A DNA stretch of 63,364 nt, the filler included. It is 4 parts of 4 records of this genome, joined end to end, with 100 filler letters (N's around TTAATTAATTAA, not from the genome) between each part and the next. Parts side by side here need not be neighbours in the genome. Positions count along the whole stretch, not along the records: positions 13,367 to 34,939 come from SRR20825019_1411; positions 35,040 to 56,856 come from SRR20825019_1414; 2 more parts are not named here. The stretch is one strand, 5' to 3'. The notes under the pieces are model-generated. The model was not told the DNA's origin, searched no databases, and saw only the letters and a list, made by a program, of their open reading frames with translations. Made by a program: the position numbers and the translations under genes. Positions 30,118-38,819 of the stretch are shown piece after piece (position 1 is the stretch's first letter; each line of letters begins with the position of its first letter).

Positions 30118-30702
30118 TTGGCTTTGCTCCCATTTCGTTCGTCGTCGTCAAAGCGATTTGACCGGCTGATTCTGCCTTACATGAAAGGCATGTATATTTT
30201 CGCCTACCGCCTGACTGGCCAGAAACAGGACGCAGAGGATCTGGTGCAGGATGTCGTGGTCAAGATGTACCCCCGGCTGGACGAACTGGAAAACGTGCAG
30301 CAACCCCAGCCATGGCTCAACCGTGTGTTGTACCGGCACTTTGTAGACCTCACCCGAAAACAATCCAGCCAAAGAGAAATCAGCGTCAGTACACTGGTCG
30401 CTGCGGAGAGCCAGACCGCCTTCATAGAATCCCTCGGCGAGGCAAGCCCGGATGCGTCCGCCGGTATCGACCAAACGCGCATTGGCGAAACCGTCAAGCG
30501 GTTACTGAATACCCTGCCACCAGACCAACGAACCCTGTTACTGCTTCACGACGCGGATGGCTGGCGCCAGGAGGACATTGCAACGGTTCTGGATGTGCCT
30601 GTCGGTACGATAAAATCACGCCTGCATCGCAGCAGAGCGTTTATGCGGGAACGGTTGAAAAAACAAATGGAACCTTTCGAAAAGCAACAACGTGAAGGGT
30701 GA
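30118..30702 (+). CDS. ECF-type RNA polymerase sigma factor
   Basis: AYRLTG...DAEDLVQD, WL.RV.YR.FVD, IATVLDVPVGTIKSRLHR; TTG start preceded by GAGG. Confidence 0.93.
   Translation: MALLPFRSSSSKRFDRLILPYMKGMYIFAYRLTGQKQDAEDLVQDVVVKMYPRLDELENVQQPQPWLNRVLYRHFVDLTRKQSSQREISVSTLVAAESQTAFIESLGEASPDASAGIDQTRIGETVKRLLNTLPPDQRTLLLLHDADGWRQEDIATVLDVPVGTIKSRLHRSRAFMRERLKKQMEPFEKQQREG
30669..30696 (+). promoter_or_regulatory. Putative internal ECF promoter for the anti-sigma gene
   Basis: GGAACC-tttcgaaaagcaacaa(16)-CGTGAA within the last codons of the sigma gene, about 20 nt before the anti-sigma ATG. Confidence 0.65.
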
Positions 30703-30715
30703 AGAGGTGAATGCC

Positions 30716-31402
30716 ATGACGTGTCGTCAGTTCCATCAGGAGGTCGACAGCCTGGTTCGCGGCGATCTTCCGCTGCATGAACAGGAAGCCCTCCAAGCTC
30801 ACGCATCGACGTGTGCCAGTTGCTCAGAACTTTGGGAGGATGAACAACGCCTGCAAAAAGGCATCATGGCCCAGACCGTTCCAGAGCCCGACGACGATTT
30901 CGAATCCCGCGTTCGTGCAATGGCACTCGCTGGCGAGACACCTCGGAATTCCACGTTACGCAAAACGTCACTCTGGGCTTCATCAATTGCCGCCGTGCTG
31001 GCACTCGGTATCTTCATCGGTATGCAGGTCGGCCCGGCAGATACGGGATTGCCCGAAGACATCGCAGATGCAGATGCTACCGGGCAGACAGCAACAGAAA
31101 CCGTTGCTGAACCCGAAAGTGGAGCGGAACTGAAAACCGTCAGGCTGGCGTTCAATTCCCGCAAGGCGATGGACAACGTCACCCTGACCCTGGAACTGCC
31201 GCCCAACGCAGAACTGGCACCCTTCCCGGGGCGCCAGACCATCAGCTGGACGGTGGATCTCAAGCAAGGCGATAACGTACTGGCGTTGCCCATCAACGTA
31301 CTGTTCCCTGGTTCCGGCAAACTGGTTGCGCACCTGGACGATGGAACCCGGCGCAAAACGTTCAGCACCGCCATTCCAGGAAACACGGAGCCTTCATCAT
31401 GA
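30716..31402 (+). CDS. Zinc-binding (zf-HC2/ZAS) transmembrane anti-sigma factor
   Basis: MTC...HASTCASC (HxxxCxxC), one TM (WASSIAAVLALGIFIG), beta-rich periplasmic C-domain; GAGG precedes ATG at 30716. Confidence 0.85.
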   Translation: MTCRQFHQEVDSLVRGDLPLHEQEALQAHASTCASCSELWEDEQRLQKGIMAQTVPEPDDDFESRVRAMALAGETPRNSTLRKTSLWASSIAAVLALGIFIGMQVGPADTGLPEDIADADATGQTATETVAEPESGAELKTVRLAFNSRKAMDNVTLTLELPPNAELAPFPGRQTISWTVDLKQGDNVLALPINVLFPGSGKLVAHLDDGTRRKTFSTAIPGNTEPSS

Positions 31403-31863
31403 AAAGACATACCCATATACGCTGGCTTGCTCCGGCCATGCTCGGCCTTCTGCTTGCTACACCGGCTCTGTCCTGGGCTCAGGACGATCTTGATGTGACC
31501 ATGAGAATGGTCGCGGACGATCAGGAGCTGGACGATTCCTTTGTGCAACAACTTGAGCTTCCGGAGTCCGTGGACGCGCCCGCCGGCGCAAACGGGTTCG
31601 GTGATATGCAGACGGATTCCGGCGACTTCGCTTCCGATACCCGGGAAGACATGCTGGATATCGAGAGCACTCTCTCCGAACAGTCACGGGAGTCTCGTGA
31701 CGCGCTCGGCATCGAACTGCCTGGCGAGATCATCCAAGACGAACCAGAACTGGACCTGCCGGGCATCGAAGACCCTGGACTGGACCTGCCAGGCACCGGC
31801 GATACCGATCTGGACCTGTTAAACGACAGTGGCCTGAATCTGGAGGAAACCGGACAGCAGTAG
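31399..31863 (+). CDS. Exported, highly acidic hypothetical protein
   Basis: Signal peptide ending SWA; LDVTMRMV; D/E-rich with LDLPG repeats; ATGA overlap with the anti-sigma gene. Confidence 0.75.
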   Translation: MKRHTHIRWLAPAMLGLLLATPALSWAQDDLDVTMRMVADDQELDDSFVQQLELPESVDAPAGANGFGDMQTDSGDFASDTREDMLDIESTLSEQSRESRDALGIELPGEIIQDEPELDLPGIEDPGLDLPGTGDTDLDLLNDSGLNLEETGQQ

Positions 31864-31921
31864 ATTAGATACAGACGTCACACCTGATTCCTTCAGGACT
31901 GGCGCTCGCCCGTCCAATGGC

Positions 31922-31930
31922 TGTTATACT
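31922..31930 (+). promoter_or_regulatory. Possible extended -10 sigma70 element upstream of the TPR/beta-barrel gene
   Basis: TGtTATACT about 35 nt upstream of the TTG start. Confidence 0.35.
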
Positions 31931-31965
31931 CTGAGTCCGAGTTCAGACTATTCCGGAGAGAGTAT

Positions 31966-33282
31966 TTGCGCCGTCTTCTGACCATCGCACTGGTGTTGTG
32001 TCTCGCGCTGTCAACCGCCCATGCTCAGGAGCATACGACCGAGGCTAAGACGCTCTTCCGTGCGGGTATCCAGGCGTTTAACGCCGGTGACCTGGATGAA
32101 GCTCGCCGCTTACTTGAGTCCGCCGTCTCGAAGGGGTTGAGCTCCCGCTCACTCAATTACAACCTGGGCGTTGTCTATTACAAACTCGGGCTTTACGAGG
32201 AGGCGGAGCAAACCTTCCGGACCCTTATCCCCACCCGTCAGAAAGCGCTTGCCTACTACAACATCGGGTTGACCGCCCTGGCCCGTGAAAATCAGGACGC
32301 CGCAACACAAGCGTTCCAGAACGTGCTTGCGTCCGATCCTGACGACAACCTGATATCGCTCGCCACCCGTCAACTTGAACGCCTCGATCCAACGATGCAT
32401 GCTGCCTCACCCAAAAAACGTTGGGCTGGCCTGGTTTCCATCGGGGGTGGCTATGAAGACAACGTTGCGCTGTTCCCGGATACCGCCCCCAGAAAGCTCG
32501 ACAGCGGCTTTGTGGAAACTCTGGCGGCTGCCTCCTATTACCTCTATGGCGACTCTTCGGCGGGACTGCGTTCGGACATCAAGTTCTATTCGCGTCAGTA
32601 CCCTTCCGAGCACACGTTTGACCTGCAGGTGATTCAGGCGGGTGCAAAATGGGTTCAGAAAACCGCACCGGGAGTGATCAGCGTAGGCCTTGGCGGCGAC
32701 TATATATGGCGGGATCGGCGATCAAGGGAACGTCGCGCTCGCCTGATGGCCGGCATAACCACCCTCGACTGCCCAGGCCCCGGCGCGCGATGCCTGGTTA
32801 GAGCAGAGGCCACCCAGATTTTTCCGTTACCTGGATTCGATGCCTATCGGGGCCAGATGTACCGGCTTGATGCCCATTACCGTCTCCGGCCCGGGAACTG
32901 GACAGCGGAACTCAAATACCGGGCTGACTACAATGACCGGGACAATCTGGATACCGGAGAGGAGTTCTTCAGTGTGTCGCCCGAGCGACATGGCCTTGAT
33001 GCAGGCATTGAGTACGACCTGACTGACCAACTGAGTGTTGAAGCCGGGGCGGGCTTTCGCTTCAGTTACTATCGTACGCCACACCAACTGATTGTTCCCG
33101 AGGGCCGACAAACGATACGTCGTGAAGACAAGCGTCATACACTGTCCGTTGGCACCACGTATCGTTTCTCTCGTCGAACATCTCTCAGTCTGGATCTGGA
33201 CCGTATCGACAACAACAGCAACATCGATCGCTACAGCTACGATCGCCACACCGTCACCGCCAGCCTGGCCGTCGGATTCTGA
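31966..33282 (+). CDS. TPR plus outer-membrane beta-barrel protein (Slam/DUF560-like architecture)
   Basis: Signal peptide; TPRs (YNLGVVYYKLG.YEEA; YYNIGLTAL); GGGYEDNV barrel start; NNSNIDRYSYDR and terminal aromatic (LAVGF). Confidence 0.75.
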   Translation: MRRLLTIALVLCLALSTAHAQEHTTEAKTLFRAGIQAFNAGDLDEARRLLESAVSKGLSSRSLNYNLGVVYYKLGLYEEAEQTFRTLIPTRQKALAYYNIGLTALARENQDAATQAFQNVLASDPDDNLISLATRQLERLDPTMHAASPKKRWAGLVSIGGGYEDNVALFPDTAPRKLDSGFVETLAAASYYLYGDSSAGLRSDIKFYSRQYPSEHTFDLQVIQAGAKWVQKTAPGVISVGLGGDYIWRDRRSRERRARLMAGITTLDCPGPGARCLVRAEATQIFPLPGFDAYRGQMYRLDAHYRLRPGNWTAELKYRADYNDRDNLDTGEEFFSVSPERHGLDAGIEYDLTDQLSVEAGAGFRFSYYRTPHQLIVPEGRQTIRREDKRHTLSVGTTYRFSRRTSLSLDLDRIDNNSNIDRYSYDRHTVTASLAVGF

Positions 33283-33325
33283 TACCAACCCACGTGCACA
33301 CGTGACTGCCGGGCATCAGTAAACG

Positions 33326-33790
33326 TTATTCCGTTGCCGCTTTTGCGAAACCGGCCAGTGCTCCCTCTATCTTTTTGATGACCTGATCACAGCCTTCAAT
33401 GTCGTGACGCTGTTTCAGATACTCCGGGTCGTTATAGCCTAACCAGACCGTTCCCTCACTGTCTTCCCAGATCAGCGCTTTCTGCGGCAAATCAATCGCC
33501 ACACTCTGGGCACATTGCATCAGGGGCGTCCCTACCTTCGGGTTGCCAAAAATCACCACCTCGGTTGGGCGTAGTTCCAGCCCCGCCTTGCTGGCCCCCT
33601 CCGTGTGGTTAATGCGGTTCATCACCGTCATACCCTTGCTTTTAAGGGTCGAGACCAGCTTGTCCGCCGTCATCGCAACGCTGTAATTACTTTGCGTCGT
33701 TACCATTCCATCAGCCCCATCGGCACCGATCGCGGCCAGTGGCAGAATCAGCAAAGCTGCAAGAATCGGGATTCTGGTCCAGACTTTCAT
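33326..33790 (-). CDS. DUF302 family protein
   Basis: INH..GA..AGLELRPT.V.IFGNPKVGTPLMQC.....IDLPQKAL.WED. Start reassigned to MKVWTR. Confidence 0.9.
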   Translation of the reverse strand: MKVWTRIPILAALLILPLAAIGADGADGMVTTQSNYSVAMTADKLVSTLKSKGMTVMNRINHTEGASKAGLELRPTEVVIFGNPKVGTPLMQCAQSVAIDLPQKALIWEDSEGTVWLGYNDPEYLKQRHDIEGCDQVIKKIEGALAGFAKAATE

Positions 33791-33936
33791 TACGCATCTC
33801 CTTGGAATATCGAACCACTCCAGCATAGGCCAGTTAACCCGGGCCTGCACAGGCCGCTCAAAATCAAAGTGATACGTTTCCACACAGAGTACGTAGAAAC
33901 CCTTATAATTTTATAAATCCAAAAAACGAGGTCTTT

Positions 33937-34939
33937 ATGACTCATGCGCTGAAGGGAGCCCTGCTTCCGCTCATTGCCATCATGGCTGGTTGTAGCCAGG
34001 GCGAATCTGAAACCGCATCCATCAGTAAAACGGCCGAACAACTCGCGCCGCCGCAAGAGACCGGCGTACTGGAGGTGGCAACTCGCAACGGCGCCACCAC
34101 CTACTATCTCGACCGCCACCAGAACCCCATTGGCCCAGAGTTCAGCCTGGTGTCACGCTTCGCCGAGAGCAAAGGCTGGACCGTCAACTGGACCATGCAC
34201 GATTCAACCGCCGAGGTCTTGCAGGCGCTGGAGGCTGGCAACACGCATCTGGCGGCCGCCGGGCTGACCCACCTGCCATCACGGACAGAACGGTTCACAC
34301 GCGGGCCCGCGCACACCGAAATCACCGAGCAACTGGTGTGTCATCGCGACATGCGACCCATGCCCAGAAAACCGGAAAGCATGCCTGAGGTCAGCATTGC
34401 GGTCACCGCCGATTCCAGCTACGTGGAAACTCTGAACAAGCTCGCCAGCAAACACGAAGGTATCACGTTCACCGAAGATGACAGCAGAACGACCGAAGTT
34501 CTGCTTTCTGAAGTCGCTGAGCAGGACATCGACTGCACCGTCGCTGACTCCAACATCGTTCAGGTCATGCGCCGCCACTTCCCCCACCTGGAAGTGGCCA
34601 TGAACCTCACCCAGGGCAATAACCTGGGCTGGTACCTACCAGCCGGTTCCGACGATCTGGCGGGAACCACCCGGGAATGGATGAACAGCACTGACGGTGA
34701 CGAAGCCATCGGCTATATCGAGAGCCGCTATTACGCGTACATCGGCGAATTCGATTTCGTCGACCTGCGCGCCCTCAACCGCCGGATAGATGAGCGACTT
34801 CCCAACTTTATTGATCGCTTCGCCGAAGCAGAAACCACAACCGGCATGCCGGCTGACTTGCTGGCGGCGCTGTCCTATCAGGAGTCCCACTGGGACCCGG
34901 CTGCCGTATCACCCACCGGCGTTCGCGGCATCATGATGC
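33937..34939 (+). CDS. mltF: Membrane-bound lytic murein transglycosylase F, 3'-truncated
   Basis: Substrate-binding-type N-domain followed by SLT motif LLAALSYQESHWDP.AVSPTGVRGIMM. Confidence 0.9.
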
Positions 34940-35039
34940 NNNNNNNNNNNNNNNNNNNNNNNNNNNNNNNNNNNNNNNNNNNNTTAATTAATTAANNNNN
35001 NNNNNNNNNNNNNNNNNNNNNNNNNNNNNNNNNNNNNNN
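34940..35039. other. Artificial contig spacer
   Basis: N44-TTAATTAATTAA-N44. Confidence 0.98.
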
Positions 35040-35104
35040 TAATTTATATTATGTAAAATAGAATATTTGAAAACCCACTATCTCTCTTGGTGTTTAATTG
35101 AAAA

Positions 35105-35965
35105 TTAATCTTTTACATTGTATACAAAAGCACGGTATTTAAGCAATGCTACAAACACGGCACCTCCCAATGCGTTACCAATTAGTGCTAAGGCGATAAA
35201 GCTTAGGTAGTCTGTGAAATTAATTTGTGGTGAGCTTATATAGCCGGCAAAGACTTCTACATTACCTACAATACTATGGTGTAATCCTGCAAATGATAAG
35301 ATTGCTGTGATTATAAAAATGATTAGCAATCTGCTTAAGGTATCTTTTGAAGCAGCTACCAGCCATGATAATAACCCCATAAGCCAGCCTGCAAGAATTG
35401 CACTCACAAAAACGGCACTGCCTTCGTGGTCTGTAACGTGTATGGCTATTTTTTCAATGGTTTGGAGGTTAAAGATACCAAGTTTAGGGCCGAACCAAAC
35501 TAATAGAAATGCAATAATATAACCTCCGATTAAATTACCTATTATTACTAAGCCCCAGAGTCTTAAGAGACTTCTTAGGGAGCGTTTTTTATTTAGCACT
35601 GGTAATGTTAGCAATGAGGTTTGTTCGGTAAAAAGAATGGATTGTCCTAGAATAACCATTATAAACCCTATGGGATAGACTATTGAAAGCGCTTTAATGA
35701 TGGTATCTTCAGCCACTTTTCCTGAGAGAAAGAAAAACAACGCGCAGATCATTAAATAGCTAAAGCCAATTTCTAAACCTGCTGTAAGCGAGCTTAGTAG
35801 GATGCTCACTGGTTTTTTATCGTAAGTCTCCTGCCCTTCAATAATCTGTTGTTTAAGGATTTCGCCATGAGATTTTGCTGTTGTAGAATCTGATGGTTTG
35901 GAGTTTTTGAGTTCCCTATCTATGTTTTGTTGTTTCTCCTCTTTAATTTTTTCTTCTTCGTCCAT
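35105..35965 (-). CDS. Formate/nitrite transporter family protein (YfdC-like)
   Basis: YPIGFIMVILGQSILFTEQT, GNLIGG, AILAGWLMGL, LHHSIVG, GNALGG. Confidence 0.88.
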   Translation of the reverse strand: MDEEEKIKEEKQQNIDRELKNSKPSDSTTAKSHGEILKQQIIEGQETYDKKPVSILLSSLTAGLEIGFSYLMICALFFFLSGKVAEDTIIKALSIVYPIGFIMVILGQSILFTEQTSLLTLPVLNKKRSLRSLLRLWGLVIIGNLIGGYIIAFLLVWFGPKLGIFNLQTIEKIAIHVTDHEGSAVFVSAILAGWLMGLLSWLVAASKDTLSRLLIIFIITAILSFAGLHHSIVGNVEVFAGYISSPQINFTDYLSFIALALIGNALGGAVFVALLKYRAFVYNVKD

Positions 35966-35990
35966 TTTTTTGGTGGTTGTGATATAAAAA

Positions 35991-36041
35991 AAGGTTTCGT
36001 TTCAAGAAAAGGGACTGTTATTGGTTTTGAAACGAAACCTT
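35991..36041 (-). terminator. Terminator-like hairpin
   Basis: 15-bp perfect stem AAGGTTTCGTTTCAA/TTGAAACGAAACCTT with a U-run on the minus strand. Confidence 0.65.
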
Positions 36042-36065
36042 ATGTAGTATTTAGAATTAAGGATT

Positions 36066-36695
36066 TTACTTATTTATTAATTCTTCTAGGTGTTTTCTAT
36101 TTGTAGATTTCCCATAGATTTTTTGTTCTGGATCCATGAGGTTGGTTTTTTCCAAACCACCTATATATACTGCATCAAAGCCGATATCTTCAATAAGCTG
36201 TTGGGTTATATTTTTGCTATCCTCATCTTGGGCTGCAAATGGAATTGCCAGTTTATCTGTAGTTTGAAACGCTCTGTCGCGAAGATGATCTGAATAAATT
36301 GTATTGAATGCTTTTGCTGTTTTTGCGGTTCCGAATTTCATAGCGGTATATTCGGAAGCGTTACGGTTGCTATCGCGTACCTCTTGCGCCATTTCGCCAT
36401 CTCTTTCTGGATATGGGTTTGTAGCATCAATGATAACTTTATTACCGTATTCGCCTGCATATAGTTCGGCTAATTTATCGATTGCTTTAAATGGGACAGC
36501 CAACAGATATACGTCTGCATTTGCTTCCCATGCTTCATCTAAGCTTACGGCTTTAGCCTTCCCTCCTGCTTCTTTTGCTAATTGGGTTAGTTGTTCTGGG
36601 TGTCTGGAGGTAAATAATACTTCATGACCTGCTTTAGCCCAATGTGTACCTAAGGCACCACCTATTTTTCCACTTCCTATTACTCCTATTTTCAT
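36066..36695 (-). CDS. NADPH-dependent F420-reductase-like oxidoreductase
   Basis: IGSGKIGG Rossmann motif, IIDATNP, KAFNTI. Confidence 0.85.
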   Translation of the reverse strand: MKIGVIGSGKIGGALGTHWAKAGHEVLFTSRHPEQLTQLAKEAGGKAKAVSLDEAWEANADVYLLAVPFKAIDKLAELYAGEYGNKVIIDATNPYPERDGEMAQEVRDSNRNASEYTAMKFGTAKTAKAFNTIYSDHLRDRAFQTTDKLAIPFAAQDEDSKNITQQLIEDIGFDAVYIGGLEKTNLMDPEQKIYGKSTNRKHLEELINK

Positions 36696-36901
36696 AACTT
36701 TTTGGTTTAATAATTAATTTAAAACTGCACTGTATTAAAACCATTCTGGTTGGTACAGTTACTATTTTTTCTTTTAAAATTAGGATGTTTGATCTGTATT
36801 AAAAAGTTTTTAAAAAAGATTTAACGCTATATCAGAGTATTAACATTTCCATATAGCATTTAATCTAAAATTGCATATATTTTTGTTTAAAACTTAATTA
36901 G

Positions 36902-37861
36902 ATGATTGTTTGGGTAATTTTTATAGCATTTATCATTTTATTCTTAGCGTTAGATTTAGGTGTTTTTAATAGAGAGGCACATATAATTAAAACAAAGGAA
37001 GCTGCAATATGGACAAGTATATGGGTTACTGTAGCGTTAGGATTTTCTGGGGTTATCTATTGGTTGTTTAGTGACGGATTAATTGAAAACCCAACCAATC
37101 TTACACCAGAGCTCGCGGTACTTAAGTACGTTACAGGGTATTTAATAGAGCTTTCATTGAGCATAGACAATGTGTTTGTGATTGCGGTAATATTTTCTTC
37201 TTTTTCAATTCCTAAAAAATATCAGCATGAAGTTTTATTCTGGGGAATTTTGGGGGCGATTGTATTTAGGGCGTTGATGATCTTTTTTGGGGTGGCACTT
37301 ATCAATAAATTTGATTGGATAATTTATGTTTTTGGGGCATTTCTATTAATTACAGCCTTTAGAATGTTGATACATAAGGAAGAAGAGTTTGATCCAAAAA
37401 AGTCTAAGATGTTTCGGTATTTAAAGCGGCTATTCCCTGTAACCTACCGTATGGATGGCGATAAGTTTTTCATAAGAAGAATGGGAGTTAAGGCAGCTAC
37501 TCCCCTTTTTGTGGCACTTATTATTATTGAATTTACAGACATTCTTTTTGCTTTAGACAGTATTCCTGCGATTCTGGCTATTACGGCAGACCCCTTTATT
37601 GTGTTTAGCTCAAATATCTTGGCTATTTTAGGACTTCGTTCCATGTATTTTTTAATCTCACGTATGCTTACTAAGTTTCGGTATATTAATTATAGTTTGG
37701 TAGTTATCCTTGCTTTTGTTGGGGTTAAAATGATACTTTCTCACAATGTTGAAATCCCAGAATGGTTATCGCTTGGTGTAATTGGTGTTTCGCTTGCTGG
37801 AGGGATTATAGCTTCGTTGGTTATACCAGATGAAAACCCTGCTATAGCGGAAGAAGATTAA
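36902..37861 (+). CDS. TerC/Alx family membrane protein
   Basis: GYLIELSLSIDNVFV, YQH.VLFWGILGA, DILFALDSIPA, SNILAILGLRSMYF. Confidence 0.92.
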   Translation: MIVWVIFIAFIILFLALDLGVFNREAHIIKTKEAAIWTSIWVTVALGFSGVIYWLFSDGLIENPTNLTPELAVLKYVTGYLIELSLSIDNVFVIAVIFSSFSIPKKYQHEVLFWGILGAIVFRALMIFFGVALINKFDWIIYVFGAFLLITAFRMLIHKEEEFDPKKSKMFRYLKRLFPVTYRMDGDKFFIRRMGVKAATPLFVALIIIEFTDILFALDSIPAILAITADPFIVFSSNILAILGLRSMYFLISRMLTKFRYINYSLVVILAFVGVKMILSHNVEIPEWLSLGVIGVSLAGGIIASLVIPDENPAIAEED

Positions 37862-37942
37862 TTTCACAAAATCCTACTAAAAGTTTGGAATGCTTTTTTG
37901 GCTATCGTATCTTTAAGATTAGATAATTATAAACCTATATAT

Positions 37943-38245
37943 ATGAATATAAATTTCGAATATCACGAAGTAGCTGCAAGTGCTAGATTAGAGGGCTTAG
38001 TAGCGGAAAAGCTTAATAAACTTGAAAATAAATACGACGCCATTGTTGGTGCAGATGTGTATTTTAAAAAGGAAAACTCTTCTAACCCAGAAAATGGAAA
38101 AATATGTAGTGTTCGTTTAGGAATGCCTGGAACAACAATATTTGCTGAAACAGCTACGGGTTCATTTGAGGCATCTATCGCAAAAGTAATTTCTGAATTA
38201 CGCACGCAGTTACAGAAGCGTAAAGAAAAATTGAACGCACATTAA
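37943..38245 (+). CDS. hpf: Ribosome hibernation factor HPF/RaiA (short form)
   Basis: KL.KLE.KY..IV.ADVYFK.EN, RL..PG..IFAE....SFE..I....L..QL.K.K. Start reassigned to MNINF. Confidence 0.75.
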   Translation: MNINFEYHEVAASARLEGLVAEKLNKLENKYDAIVGADVYFKKENSSNPENGKICSVRLGMPGTTIFAETATGSFEASIAKVISELRTQLQKRKEKLNAH

Positions 38246-38247
38246 TT

Positions 38248-38670
38248 ATGGATACTATGGGAATAATAGCTCGAGACAAAAGACAATTAACCCTGATATA
38301 TAGCAGTAATACGCGTGTTGGAAAGCATACACTTAGTTATTTAACTGGCATTGATGAAAAATATTTGGCTATAGATTTGGTAAATACTAAGGTTTCAGAT
38401 ACCCAATGGGCTGAAATTGCTGAGGCTTTAAATAAAAATATTGGTGACTTAGTTGATACTAGGGAGTTGGATTTAAGTTCAGAAAGCACTGTTACGTTTG
38501 GTCCTGATGATTGGATTAAGATTATACAAAAGAATGATTTTGTAATCTCTCGTCCTATTGCAATTAAAGGAGAACGAACCAAACAGATAAGCAATCCTCC
38601 TGAAATAATGGAGTTTTTTGACACTGATAGTGCCGCAATTGAAGAAAGACCTTCTCTAGATACCGAGTAA
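38248..38670 (+). CDS. ArsC/Spx-like thioredoxin-fold protein lacking Cys
   Basis: W.EIA..L...I.DLV, DWIKIIQKN..VI.RPI.I.G resemble the ArsC family; the protein has no Cys. Confidence 0.6.
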   Translation: MDTMGIIARDKRQLTLIYSSNTRVGKHTLSYLTGIDEKYLAIDLVNTKVSDTQWAEIAEALNKNIGDLVDTRELDLSSESTVTFGPDDWIKIIQKNDFVISRPIAIKGERTKQISNPPEIMEFFDTDSAAIEERPSLDTE

Positions 38671-38693
38671 GCGGATAAGACACTTATTTAAAC

Positions 38694-38728
38694 AAAAAAA
38701 GATGCGTGAGGACGCATCTTTTTTTTTT
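38694..38728 (+). terminator. Rho-independent terminator
   Basis: AAAAAAAGATGCGT-gagg-ACGCATCTTTTTTTT. Confidence 0.85.
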
Positions 38729-38768
38729 GGGATAATTATAAGTAAGTAGTTCGTATTACAAATTTGAT

Positions 38769-38800
38769 AAAAAAAAGCCCGTACAATTGTACGGGCTTTT
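38769..38800 (-). terminator. Rho-independent terminator of the lipocalin-OmpA unit
   Basis: AAAAGCCCGTACAATTGTACGGGCTTTT palindrome with A-run upstream. Confidence 0.85.
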
Positions 38801-38819
38801 AGCTTATTTAAGTTACTGA

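Noticed and set aside
36696-36901. yybP-ykoY (Mn) riboswitch expected upstream of TerC/Alx
   Set aside because: The region is AT-rich with no recognisable conserved stems; not supported by eye.
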